Notes: generated from the letters alone by a model not told the origin. A DNA stretch of 57,753 bases from Candidatus Tayloriibacteriota bacterium (GCA_903893855.1 CAITNV010000008.1:1-57753), one strand, 5' to 3'; shown: positions 26,406 to 38,671, counted from the first letter of the stretch. Numbers and translations: made by a program.

Positions 26406-29400
26406 ATGTCTAAATTTATCCATCTCCATACACATAGCCACTATTCACTTCTTAATGCCCTTCCTAAGGTTGAAGACCTCGTTGAAGAAGCTAAGAAGTA
26501 CGGCATGCCAGCGCTCGCTCTTACCGATGCGGGTAATATGTATGGCACGATTGAGTTTTATAAAGAGTGCAAAAAGGCTGGAATAAAACCTATCATCGGC
26601 GTAGATACGTACGTTGCCGCACGAAGCCGTACCGATATGCAGGCTGGTATCGACAATCGCCGTTCGCGGCTCATTCTTCTCGCTAAGGATGTCGTGGGCT
26701 ACAAAAATCTTATTAAAATCGTAACGCGCTCATATCTCGAAGGCTTTTACTACAAGCCACGTATCGATCATGAGCTCATTGAAGAATATGCATTACAAGG
26801 CGTCGGAGGTCTCATCGCTATCGCTCCATCTTTCTCGAGCGAGATAACCATGGCGATTAAGAATCACAATATCGTCAAGGCTCGCGAGCATATCGAATTC
26901 TACAAGCATGCTTTTAATGGCACGACCGGCGAAGATAATTTCTACATTGAGATCACTCGCCATCCTGAGATCGAAGGACATGAGCCACTTATGCAAGAGC
27001 TCATTAAGCTCGCTCACGAGACCAATACCCCTATCGTCGCAGGACACGATGTCTACTATATGCATCCTGATGACAAGGCTGCTCGAGATACACTTATGCT
27101 CGTCAATACTTCTGGCGATACGAGCGATCGTGGAACTGGAGGCGCTACTGGTGGAGGGGGCAATACCGGCATGGGTGGAGGAAGTGATGAAGAGGAGGAC
27201 TTCTCTTTCATTTCACCTGAGCGTGCAGAGGAATTATTTAAAGACATACCCGAGGCCATCGAGAATACATCAGTCATCGCCGACAAGTGTAATCTCACCA
27301 TCGAGCTTGGTAAATGGGTCTTCTCTGACTATAAGGTGGCAAGCGGACTCTCATATGATGATGAACTTCGGCGACTCGTATACGAAGGAGTTTTGACGCG
27401 CAAACTCGCTCCGGATCTCAACCATATCCCCAAAGAAGTCACCGAGCGCGCCGAATACGAACTAAAGGTTATTAAAGATAAAGGCTACGCTCCTTACTTC
27501 CTCGTGGTGGCAGACCTGCTTAATTATGCTCACGCCAATGGTATCCTTACTAACATTCGAGGATCCGTTGCGGGTTCGCTTGTGACGTATCTATCGCGCA
27601 TTACGAATGTGAATCCACTTGAGTACAAACTCCCCTTCGAGCGCTTCTTGAATCCCGAGCGACCATCTGCTCCGGACATCGATATGGACTTCGCCGACAA
27701 CCGTCGCGATGAAATGATTACCTATGCTCGCGGTAAATATGGCAATGACAAAGTAGCGCAGATCGGAACATTCGGTACCATGATGGCCCGTGGTGCAGTA
27801 AAGGACGTGGCTCGAGCTCTTGGTTATCCATATGAGCTCGGAGACCGGATATCAAAGCTCATTCCTATGGGTGCGCAAGGCTTCCCTATGACTATCGATC
27901 GAGCACTTGAAGAAGTACCTGACCTGCGCGCTATGTATGAGAAAGAAGAGGATGTTAGCCGTATTATTAATATGGCAAAAAAGATCGAAGGCTGCGCCCG
28001 TCACATCTCGGTGCATGCCGCTGGTGTGGTCATTGCCCCTCGAGCGCTTACTGACTTTACCCCACTACAGTACGATACCAAAGGCGAGAAGAAGATCATT
28101 ACCCAGTACGATATGTACGTCATCGAAGATGCCGGTCTTCTCAAATTCGACTTTCTCGGTATCAAGAACCTCTCCATCCTCGCCGATGCAGTGGATCGTG
28201 TAAAAAAGATTGAGGGTATAACCGTCGACATTGAGAATATCCCTCTCGATGACAAGAAGACCTTCGGCATGCTCGCTCGCGGAGAGACTATCGGACTCTT
28301 CCAACTCAATGGTACTGGTATGACACGCTTCCTTGTGGAGCTTAAGCCTACGAGCATTCACGATATTAACGCTATGGTGGCGCTCTATCGACCGGGACCT
28401 TTGGAATCCATCCCTCAATACATCGAACGTAAATACGATGAGAGTAAGATTACCTATCTTGACCCGCGAATGAAAGATATTCTCGATATGTCATACGGAG
28501 TTATTACCTATCAGGATGACGTTATGATGATTGCTATTAAGCTTGCAGGATATTCTTGGCTCGAGGCCGACAAGCTCCGTAAGGCTATGGGTAAAAAAAT
28601 TCCAAAAGAAATGGAAGAACAGAAAGGTAAACTCCTCGAAGGTTTCGAAAAGCATGGTCTACCGAAACGTAAAGCAATGGAACTATGGAAACTCATCGAA
28701 CCTTTCGCTGCATACGGTTTCAATAAGGCTCACGCTGCGAGCTATGGTCGCGTCGCGTATCAGACTTCGTATATGAAGGCCAATTTCCCTGCTATTTATA
28801 TGTCAGCAGTACTCACCGCCGACTCTGGTGATGTCGAGAAAATTTCCGAAATCGTCACCGAGTGTAAGCGTATGGGAATTCCAATTCTCCCGCCGGATAT
28901 CAATGAAAGCTTTAGTCAGTTTACGGTGATTAAGAGAACTGATAAAAAAGACAGCGAAACCCCAAGCGACAATGCCGACAAGAGCACCGAAGCCGACCGC
29001 ATCCGCTTCGGACTTGTAACGATTAAAAACTTTGGTCAGGGAATCGCTACAGCCATCATCGAAGAGCGTAAAAAATCCGGCCATTTCAAATCTCTCGCAG
29101 ACTTCCTCGACCGAGTGCGCGACCGTAATTTAAATAAAAAATCCCTCGAAGCACTCATCAAATCTGGCGCGCTCGACACTTTCGGCCATGATCGCGGAAC
29201 TCTGCTCGGCAATATCGAGACACTTCTCGCTTACAATAAAGAGCATGAGAATCGCGCAGAGAATCAAGACTCACTCTTCGGTCTTATGAGCGATACATCG
29301 AGCATCCCTACGCTCAAGCTCGCTGAGGTTCCCTTCGCCACGCCTATGGAGAAGCTCGTTTGGGAGAAGGAGCTCTTAGGTCTCTACATCTCCGGTCACC

Positions 29401-29855
29401 CTCTGGATCGTTATCGTGCGAATATCGACAAGGTTGGCATGACAATAGCGAAAGCTAAAACCATCGTACTTCCAAGTGAGAAGGCAGCCCAAGCTGAAGC
29501 GGCCGCCGCAGCCAAGCTCGCTGAAGCTACCGCTCGTGCTCTCGCAGAGGGTCGCAAGCCGCCTACCCCTCCTGTAGCACCAAAGAAGCCCTACAAACGC
29601 CCCGAAGACCCAGCAGTCGTAATCGCCGTCATCATCGATGAAGTGCGCCCCGTCATGACCAAGAACAATGAAATGATGCTCTTCATCAAAGTAACCGACT
29701 TCACCGGCACCATCGATGCGGTGGTTTTCCCTCGAACCTATCTTGAATTTAAAGGTGCTTTCGTCGCTGAACAATGCGTCGCGATAAAAGCCCGCATCAC
29801 TGAACGTCGCGGAGAGAAAAGCCTCATTATCGAACGCGTAAAGAAGCTTGCGTAA
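26406..29855 (+). CDS. dnaE: DNA polymerase III alpha subunit
   Basis: PHP domain FIHLHTHSHYSLL, palm PDIDMDF, FNKAHAASYG, and a C-terminal OB fold. Confidence 0.95.
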   Translation: MSKFIHLHTHSHYSLLNALPKVEDLVEEAKKYGMPALALTDAGNMYGTIEFYKECKKAGIKPIIGVDTYVAARSRTDMQAGIDNRRSRLILLAKDVVGYKNLIKIVTRSYLEGFYYKPRIDHELIEEYALQGVGGLIAIAPSFSSEITMAIKNHNIVKAREHIEFYKHAFNGTTGEDNFYIEITRHPEIEGHEPLMQELIKLAHETNTPIVAGHDVYYMHPDDKAARDTLMLVNTSGDTSDRGTGGATGGGGNTGMGGGSDEEEDFSFISPERAEELFKDIPEAIENTSVIADKCNLTIELGKWVFSDYKVASGLSYDDELRRLVYEGVLTRKLAPDLNHIPKEVTERAEYELKVIKDKGYAPYFLVVADLLNYAHANGILTNIRGSVAGSLVTYLSRITNVNPLEYKLPFERFLNPERPSAPDIDMDFADNRRDEMITYARGKYGNDKVAQIGTFGTMMARGAVKDVARALGYPYELGDRISKLIPMGAQGFPMTIDRALEEVPDLRAMYEKEEDVSRIINMAKKIEGCARHISVHAAGVVIAPRALTDFTPLQYDTKGEKKIITQYDMYVIEDAGLLKFDFLGIKNLSILADAVDRVKKIEGITVDIENIPLDDKKTFGMLARGETIGLFQLNGTGMTRFLVELKPTSIHDINAMVALYRPGPLESIPQYIERKYDESKITYLDPRMKDILDMSYGVITYQDDVMMIAIKLAGYSWLEADKLRKAMGKKIPKEMEEQKGKLLEGFEKHGLPKRKAMELWKLIEPFAAYGFNKAHAASYGRVAYQTSYMKANFPAIYMSAVLTADSGDVEKISEIVTECKRMGIPILPPDINESFSQFTVIKRTDKKDSETPSDNADKSTEADRIRFGLVTIKNFGQGIATAIIEERKKSGHFKSLADFLDRVRDRNLNKKSLEALIKSGALDTFGHDRGTLLGNIETLLAYNKEHENRAENQDSLFGLMSDTSSIPTLKLAEVPFATPMEKLVWEKELLGLYISGHPLDRYRANIDKVGMTIAKAKTIVLPSEKAAQAEAAAAAKLAEATARALAEGRKPPTPPVAPKKPYKRPEDPAVVIAVIIDEVRPVMTKNNEMMLFIKVTDFTGTIDAVVFPRTYLEFKGAFVAEQCVAIKARITERRGEKSLIIERVKKLA

Positions 29856-29882
29856 GGGCTCCAAAAAAGCTACTATTTCAGC

Positions 29883-31673
29883 ATGAATAATGAAAAAATC
29901 GCCCATATACGGCATTCACTTGCCCATTTATTAGCAGCTGCAGTCATGGAACTCTATCCAGAGACCTTGAACACCATTGGCCCAGCTGTTGATAATGGTT
30001 TCTATTATGATTTCGATTTTTCAAGACCGGCTGATAGCGCTATTTCTATTTCTGATAAAGAGCTCACCACGATCGAGAAGAAGATGCGAGCAATTGTTAA
30101 AGACTGGAAGAGCTTCGAACATAAGACCGTCACTGCAGATGAAGCTCGAGCAATATACAAGAACAATCCTTACAAGCTCGAACTTATCGAAGAGATCATC
30201 GCTAAAGGCGAGCTTATTACTCTCTATACGGTAGGTGCAGGGACAAAGAATGCTTTTACTGACCTTTGCCGTGGAGGACATAGCGAACATCCTGATAAAG
30301 ACCTAACTGAAGCTGGCTGGAGACTTACTCGCACAGCTGGTGCGTATTGGCGTGGTGTTGCTACAAATAAAATGCTCACTCGTATTTATGGCTTCGCTTT
30401 TGAGAATAAGCTTGCTCTCAACGACTATGACACTATGCTCTCTGAAGCCGAGAAGCGCGATCATAAGAAGCTTGGCCGCGAGCTTGATCTATTTACCTTC
30501 TCGGACCTTGTCGGTTCTGGTCTTCCACTATGGACTCCACGCGGAACAATGATGCGCAATCTCCTCGATGCATATGTCTGGGAACTTCGTGGCAAGCACG
30601 GTTATGAGAAAGTCGAGATTCCACACATTACAAAGAAGGAACTTTATGAGAAAAGCGGTCATTGGGACAAATTCAAAGACGAATTATTTAAAATCACTAC
30701 TCGTGAAGGTCATCTCTTCGCTATGAAGCCGATGAATTGCCCTCACCACACACAGATTTATGCTCGTAAGAAATGGAGCTATCGTGAACTTCCACAACGC
30801 TATGCGAACACTACGGTCTGTTATCGTGATGAACAATCAGGTGAACTTTCTGGCCTCTCACGCGTGCGCGCTTTCGCTCAGGATGATGCCCATGTATTTT
30901 GCCGACCGAGTCAGGTGAAAGAAGAACTCCTCCGTGTATGGGATATCGTGCACGCCTTTTATGGAACTTTTGGTTTCGTTTTGAAGCTCCGTCTCTCTCT
31001 TCACGACCCTCTCGAACCCGAGAAATACCTCGGTGATCCAGCTCGTTGGCTACAAACAGAAAATATCCTTCGCGAGATTGCAAAGGAGAAAGGCGCTGAC
31101 TACTTCGAAGGCATTGGCGAAGCGGCTTTCTATGGACCGAAGCTCGACTTCATGGCGAATGATTCTCTTGGCCGACAATGGCAAGTAGCTACGATCCAGC
31201 TTGATATGAATATGCCTGAGCGATTCGAACTTGAATGCACCAATGAAGAAGGTACTTCAGAACGTATCGTTATGATTCATGCTGCTATTATGGGCTCTAT
31301 TGAGCGCTTCTTCTCTATTCTTATCGAACACTATGGAGGTAATTTCCCTCTCTGGCTCGCTCCTGAACAAGTAGTCATCATTCCTGTGGGCGCAGGCGAC
31401 AATGCCGACCGTCACCATAAAGAAGCCGCACTCCTCTACGAGCACCTTCATGGACTTGGTATCCGTGTTCGTGTCGACTTGTCTGACGCAGGCTTCGGCA
31501 AAAAGATTCGCACAGCTAAGACTTCTCGAGCGCCGTATTTCGTTATCATCGGAGACAAAGATCTCGAAGCTGGCAAGATCACTCTCGAGTCTCGTGACCA
31601 TGGTCAAGTGGGCCAAATATCAAAAGACGAGCTCGTCGCTCGCCTTTTGAAAGAAACTGTAGAGAAAAAATAG
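29883..31673 (+). CDS. thrS: Threonine--tRNA ligase lacking the N-terminal TGS domain
   Basis: It starts directly in the editing domain (IRHSLAHLLAAAV..GPAVDNGFYYDF). Class II motifs include FAMKPMNCPHH, RVRAFAQDDAHVF and FYGPKLD. Confidence 0.95.
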   Translation: MNNEKIAHIRHSLAHLLAAAVMELYPETLNTIGPAVDNGFYYDFDFSRPADSAISISDKELTTIEKKMRAIVKDWKSFEHKTVTADEARAIYKNNPYKLELIEEIIAKGELITLYTVGAGTKNAFTDLCRGGHSEHPDKDLTEAGWRLTRTAGAYWRGVATNKMLTRIYGFAFENKLALNDYDTMLSEAEKRDHKKLGRELDLFTFSDLVGSGLPLWTPRGTMMRNLLDAYVWELRGKHGYEKVEIPHITKKELYEKSGHWDKFKDELFKITTREGHLFAMKPMNCPHHTQIYARKKWSYRELPQRYANTTVCYRDEQSGELSGLSRVRAFAQDDAHVFCRPSQVKEELLRVWDIVHAFYGTFGFVLKLRLSLHDPLEPEKYLGDPARWLQTENILREIAKEKGADYFEGIGEAAFYGPKLDFMANDSLGRQWQVATIQLDMNMPERFELECTNEEGTSERIVMIHAAIMGSIERFFSILIEHYGGNFPLWLAPEQVVIIPVGAGDNADRHHKEAALLYEHLHGLGIRVRVDLSDAGFGKKIRTAKTSRAPYFVIIGDKDLEAGKITLESRDHGQVGQISKDELVARLLKETVEKK

Positions 31674-31710
31674 CTGCTATTTATTTCTCATTTTCTCACC
31701 TCTACTTCTA

Positions 31711-32907
31711 TTAAATCTTACTTTTGTTAAAGAGTAGATAGAGTACCGTTGCCGCAAGGACAAGGATGATGAGGAGCGCTACCCAACCCCAAGGAATATT
31801 CGCAAGTGAGAAGAGAGCGTTCGCAGTCTGGCTATTAGTTGATGAAGTCTTAGCAATTCCGGTCGACGAAGTATTTCGTCCAAGCGTATTGTTAAGTGAT
31901 TGTCCTGCTGGGACTACATTGACTGCACTACCGCAAGCTGCTGTAGCTGAAGCACCTCCAGAGGTTACTGTCACGCTAGCATTCTTCGAACCTGTAGACG
32001 TATAGCTTGTGGCAATTGATGTCTGAGATCCAGTAAGACCATCACTACCTGTCCATGAGTATGCGTATTGACCATTACCGCCAGTACTTTCTACTGACCA
32101 TGTAACTGGAGTACCTACATTAACTGTTCGAGCATCCGCAGCACACGCTACGATAAGACCGCCTGAATTTGTAGTATTCTGATAATTGGTATTTGAAGTG
32201 TTTGTATACTGCTGATTGTTGTACTGTTGTGTTGCGTATCCACCAGTCACGTTAATAGAATTAGTACAGCCCTGTGTTATTGTCTGACCATTTGAGTAGA
32301 CTGTTAGTGACGCGTATTTTTGTCCGGGTGTATTGTATGACGCTACGAGTGATGAGTTGGAACCATAAACCTGATCGGTACCACTCCACTGATATGTATA
32401 TGAACCTGTACCACCTGAGACATTGGCATTCCAATACACTGTAGTACCTACAGTTGTGTATGAAGTATTCGCTGTACAAGTCACACTGAGCGGACTGTAG
32501 CTATTCTGATAATTGTAATTATACGGAACAGTGTTGTAATTGTTCTGATAATAGGTAGGCTGCTGATACACAGGCTGGTACACGGGATAGGTAGTTGGAG
32601 GAACATAGTATACCGGTGTAGGCGCTGGTGCAGATGGGTGATACGGCTCTTGATAGTATGATGGTCGGTACGAAAAAGCCGGTGCAGATGGGTAATAATC
32701 ATAGTCATGATCTCGATCGTGACTACCCCCGTAATTGTAGTTATTATAAGAACCGCCGGCAAAAGCCACAGAAGGCGTAGCCACGGTCACGACTGCAGCA
32801 AGCATGAAAACAAGCCCGCACAGCGCAGTAAATGCTATTTTAGCCTTATTTTGTATAGTATATATCATATGGTTTTTGGGCAGTGCCTTAATTGACACAC
32901 GCTTCAA
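31711..32907 (-). CDS. Membrane-anchored surface protein with a Tyr/Asn/Pro-rich segment and two PKD-like repeats
   Basis: N-terminal hydrophobic signal/anchor and C-terminal TM (WGWVALLIILVLAATVLYLLF). The repeats are VYWNANVSGGTGSYTYQWSGTD.. and VTWSVESTGGNGQYAYSWTGSD.. Confidence 0.6.
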   Translation of the reverse strand: MKRVSIKALPKNHMIYTIQNKAKIAFTALCGLVFMLAAVVTVATPSVAFAGGSYNNYNYGGSHDRDHDYDYYPSAPAFSYRPSYYQEPYHPSAPAPTPVYYVPPTTYPVYQPVYQQPTYYQNNYNTVPYNYNYQNSYSPLSVTCTANTSYTTVGTTVYWNANVSGGTGSYTYQWSGTDQVYGSNSSLVASYNTPGQKYASLTVYSNGQTITQGCTNSINVTGGYATQQYNNQQYTNTSNTNYQNTTNSGGLIVACAADARTVNVGTPVTWSVESTGGNGQYAYSWTGSDGLTGSQTSIATSYTSTGSKNASVTVTSGGASATAACGSAVNVVPAGQSLNNTLGRNTSSTGIAKTSSTNSQTANALFSLANIPWGWVALLIILVLAATVLYLLFNKSKI

Positions 32908-32983
32908 TACCCAACATTGTATACTATATTGATATAAAAGTCAAGCTCTATGATAAACCGCCAAAATAGCTCGTTTTTGGCAT

Positions 32984-33013
32984 AAAAAAAAGACGCGTAA
33001 ATTAATACGCGTC
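32984..33013 (-). terminator. Rho-independent terminator of the 408-aa orphan
   Basis: gacgcgta (32992-32999) pairs with tacgcgtc (33006-33013). The plus-strand A8 run at 32984-32991 becomes a U-tract on the minus strand. It lies 8 nt after the stop. Confidence 0.6.
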
Positions 33014-33020
33014 GTTGAGT

Positions 33021-34247
33021 TCAAACATCTAGTTGCCCGAGCTGAGCTCGAACTGCAGCGAGAAGTTTGAGTCTTTCCGCCAATTTTGGATTATTAACTT
33101 GTGCCCTCAAACCTTCAACCCTGGCTCTGCAGTCGGTGATCAGTTGTTGCTGCCCTTGTGCTTCAATGTGCAACAAAGCAACTGCAGCTTCCAACTCTCT
33201 GATCTGACGTTCCTTGCTCTCGATCTCAGCAGTTATTGCATCATAGCTTCCTGATCCTTCGAGCGTAGCCAGCTCAGCTTCCGCCGCAGCGAACCGAGTT
33301 TTGAGTGAGCTATAACTTGAACCAATTTTTAACAGTTCCCCAACAACCGCAGCGTAGTCTGGTTCGTCAGGCTCTGACACCGATTTAGATGCCACACCGG
33401 CTTCGGCAGTTTTCTTTGTGCCTTTTCTGTAGGTCCACGCATGGTCGGTTTTTTCGGCATACTCCAAAGCTTCCGCAGTAAGTGAATACAGCGCAGGCCT
33501 TTGATCTGGGTTAACACGCGACACAAGCCCTTGGTGTAGGAACGTCTTCATCAAGACCATGGGGAGTGCGGTACCAACTGGGACACCTTCCTCTACGAGC
33601 GTTTTCCCAAATGAATTGAGGTCGAATGTCGTAGCAGGATCTGTTCCGAACTTCAGAACTAAGGCAATTGTTCCTTTGTGGAGGTTCCTGGGATCCAACA
33701 GATTCCCTTGCTGCGAAGGTGCTTCATCAGCGTCATTCGGAGGTGGGTCTTGTTCGCCAGCTTCTTCATTGCCCTTGCCCTCAGGGTCTACCTCTTCACC
33801 ACCTGATGCTGCAGACCCTTTGTCAAGGTCGGGACTAACTAAACCCTTAGCGGTGGCAGAGCGATCGGCCCTTCTCTTGCTTTTCTCATACTCTGCAAGG
33901 AAAAAGAATGTGCCATCATTTCTTTTCCGGAGATCATTAAACAGGTCAACAGCTGGGACACTCTTATTACTGCCCGGTAACTTATGATAGACATGTAATC
34001 CCACAGCATTGCTATTGTCGTAATTGAGCACCAGTCTTACCCAATGATGCTCATGCTTCTGGATTTTTATACCAGGTTTATTGAGCTCAAAAAGCCGTCC
34101 AGAATCCCAGACTGTTACCTCGAACTCATCGGCAGGTCCATACCCGCACTTTTCAAAAAATGGCTCGAGGACATGATTCATTTCTGGAATGGTTGGAGCC
34201 CCCTTAACTTGATGAGGACCCTGCGTTCGCGAATTGTGTGTAATCAA
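33021..34247 (-). CDS. Hypothetical protein (408 aa): unknown N-domain, acidic disordered linker, winged-helix-like segment and C-terminal coiled coil
   Basis: TTG start with AAAGGAA 5 nt upstream (the first ATG is at 34181), and a TGA stop. Linker GGEEVDPEGKGNEEAGEQDPPPNDADEAP. wHTH-like LHQGLVSRVNPDQRPALYSLTAEALEY. Heptad-rich tail. Confidence 0.6.
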   Translation of the reverse strand: MITHNSRTQGPHQVKGAPTIPEMNHVLEPFFEKCGYGPADEFEVTVWDSGRLFELNKPGIKIQKHEHHWVRLVLNYDNSNAVGLHVYHKLPGSNKSVPAVDLFNDLRKRNDGTFFFLAEYEKSKRRADRSATAKGLVSPDLDKGSAASGGEEVDPEGKGNEEAGEQDPPPNDADEAPSQQGNLLDPRNLHKGTIALVLKFGTDPATTFDLNSFGKTLVEEGVPVGTALPMVLMKTFLHQGLVSRVNPDQRPALYSLTAEALEYAEKTDHAWTYRKGTKKTAEAGVASKSVSEPDEPDYAAVVGELLKIGSSYSSLKTRFAAAEAELATLEGSGSYDAITAEIESKERQIRELEAAVALLHIEAQGQQQLITDCRARVEGLRAQVNNPKLAERLKLLAAVRAQLGQLDV

Positions 34248-34389
34248 TTTTATTCCTTTGTTTTATATTGTTATTTTGTTGTTAACGATCAAAAGATCAA
34301 CACAAAAGGTACTGTATTTATAACAAAAAGTCAAGGGAAGCTAAGGTTTAGCTACCCCCTTTCTTTTGACCAATAAACCCACTCTCTAC

Positions 34390-36588
<2,199 letters not shown>

Positions 36589-36686
36589 CTACAAAGGTTT
36601 TTGACCCTAGAATTATATCAAATTTCAATAGTCACTGCACCTTGACTTATATTCAAATTATATAGTCTAATTTACAGCGTAACGAA

Positions 36687-38666
36687 TTATCGCACTTGCC
36701 AACCCCGTCCGGCGATCTTTGAATTTATCTTATCCATTACAGAATTGATCTCGATATCAGTAAGCGTGCGCTCCATTGATTGGAACACGAGACGGAAAGC
36801 GTATGAAGTCTTGGTGTCTTTTTTAAATGTATCGAAGAGTGACTGTCGAGCAAGCAATTTATCTGCTCCAGCTTCAAAAATCCCCTTCTCTATCTCGGTC
36901 CAGACTTCGTCTTGTGAGATAGCTCCATCAACAAAAACCGCAATATCTCGAACGATAAAAGGATACAGCGAGAACTGCCGGTAACTAACAGGCATAGCCT
37001 TAGGTGCAGGAACAGCGATCTTCGTAATCGAGCCATTCGCAACGAGCGCTTCAACAATGTGATCAAGTTCGATTTCGCACACAGCAAGAGGGCCGGTTGA
37101 AAGCAACGTTTTAATTGGGAAATCAATACCAAAAGCGCTCTTCAATTTCTCAACAGCCTCATTGATGCGAGACTTTCCATCAATTCCCTTTACTTTCTTC
37201 ACTTGCGTCGCACCAATAGCAAGCACGAGTGATTCAGTAAAAGTCCCTAGAGATCCAGCGGATCCACCCGCACCAACTTTTTTAAATGTCTTACCAATCT
37301 CGAAAACCGTCACTGCTTCAACACCAAGAAGCTCGGCATTGTGAGCATTCATTTCGAGACATTTACTAACGCCGGGAGCAAGCGTCGTCCGAAGTGCGGA
37401 TTTATCAGATGCCAGAGGGTATGCCACTTCGATATCACCCTTCGCCGCGAGAGTATAAAGATACACCTCAGAAAATCCTGCACCAACGAGTACATTGCGA
37501 ATATTTTCCACGACGGTGAATACGGGATTAAGAGCCGGAGCTTTCGCAAATGCTGGAGGTACTTGGCCGACTACATGTTCGTATCCATAGATACGACCAA
37601 CTTCTTCAGCTACATCCTCAGGAATAACCACATCAAGTCGATCATAAGGAATGGTTAATTGCCAGCTATCTTTCGAATTCACCACAACGTCGATGCCGAA
37701 ACGATTTAAAATATCCTTCACCGTCGCTTCAGAAATAACTACACCCAAACGCTCACCAACATAATCAGGTCGAAAATCAATCACTCTCATACTAACTGGC
37801 TTAGGGTACATGTCGACAATAGGACTAAAAACCGCCTGTGGAGTGATAGTTTGCAGACATGCAGAAAGAGCAACCATTCCTCGCAAAGCCAGTTCTGGTG
37901 TGATCTCATTCTCGAAACGCTTCGAAGCTTCATTGCGAAGATTCAATCGAGTCGATGTTCGACGGACGAAAGTGGGGTCAAAATTAGCAGAAGTAAGAAG
38001 GACATTCTTAGTCGTCGCTGACACTTCTGCTCGCTTTCCACCCTTCACTCCAGCGATATCGAGAGGCCCCGTCGCATCAGCAATAACATGATCCTCAGCG
38101 GTGAGTATATACTCTTTACCATCGAGAAGTGTAATCTTCTCTCCAGTGACTGCTTTACGAACTACGATATCCCCTTCGATCTTATCCGCATCGAAAGCAT
38201 GAAGAGGTTGACCCATATCGAACATCACGACATTTGTCGCATCGACAATAGGGCTAATACTTCGTGAACCGACATCAGTGAGGAATTTCGTTGCCCACTT
38301 TGGGGTTCTCGTTGTTGCAATATTTTCAACATATCGCGCAGTAAAGCGTCGACAGAAATCATTTGCAATAACAGTAACCTTCGGCATACGTGTTCCCGTA
38401 ACAGGAACACTGAGAGCGAAATTCACACCATAACGTAGCTCACTTTCCGCTTTACATGGAATACCGAGCAGAACCGAAGCTTCAAGAGCAATGCCCTTTT
38501 GCGACAAACAATAGTGCGCTCGATCAGGAAGAATTTTGACATCTATCACATCGCCTTCTATTCCTTCAATTTCAAAAGAATGAAATGTGAAAGCGTCCGC
38601 CAATTTTTCAATTGATGGCAATGGAGTCTCAAAATAACTTTGTAGCCATGTATACGGAACTTTCAT
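36687..38666 (-). CDS. pheT: Phenylalanine--tRNA ligase beta subunit (short, apparently without the OB tRNA-binding insert)
   Basis: MKVPYTWLQSYF start, B3/4 domain (MFDMGQPLHAFDADKI), B5 domain, and a C-terminal FDX-ACB-like domain. Confidence 0.92.
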   Translation of the reverse strand: MKVPYTWLQSYFETPLPSIEKLADAFTFHSFEIEGIEGDVIDVKILPDRAHYCLSQKGIALEASVLLGIPCKAESELRYGVNFALSVPVTGTRMPKVTVIANDFCRRFTARYVENIATTRTPKWATKFLTDVGSRSISPIVDATNVVMFDMGQPLHAFDADKIEGDIVVRKAVTGEKITLLDGKEYILTAEDHVIADATGPLDIAGVKGGKRAEVSATTKNVLLTSANFDPTFVRRTSTRLNLRNEASKRFENEITPELALRGMVALSACLQTITPQAVFSPIVDMYPKPVSMRVIDFRPDYVGERLGVVISEATVKDILNRFGIDVVVNSKDSWQLTIPYDRLDVVIPEDVAEEVGRIYGYEHVVGQVPPAFAKAPALNPVFTVVENIRNVLVGAGFSEVYLYTLAAKGDIEVAYPLASDKSALRTTLAPGVSKCLEMNAHNAELLGVEAVTVFEIGKTFKKVGAGGSAGSLGTFTESLVLAIGATQVKKVKGIDGKSRINEAVEKLKSAFGIDFPIKTLLSTGPLAVCEIELDHIVEALVANGSITKIAVPAPKAMPVSYRQFSLYPFIVRDIAVFVDGAISQDEVWTEIEKGIFEAGADKLLARQSLFDTFKKDTKTSYAFRLVFQSMERTLTDIEINSVMDKINSKIAGRGWQVR

Positions 38667-38671
38667 GAACT

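Noticed and set aside
29376-29915. 179-aa minus-strand ORF, plus many 60-170-aa ORFs antisense to or out of frame within rpoC, rpoB, dnaE, gyrB, smc, rnr and others
   Set aside because: All are embedded in strongly supported long genes. They have no motifs and show shadow-frame composition, so I treat them as spurious.
5123-34247. The idea that the three GC-shifted orphans (5123-5785, 18061-21324 and 33021-34247) form one dispersed system
   Set aside because: They are 12-13 kb apart and separated by core operons. They share no repeats or regulatory motifs that I could see. Only a vague architectural resemblance links two of the proteins.
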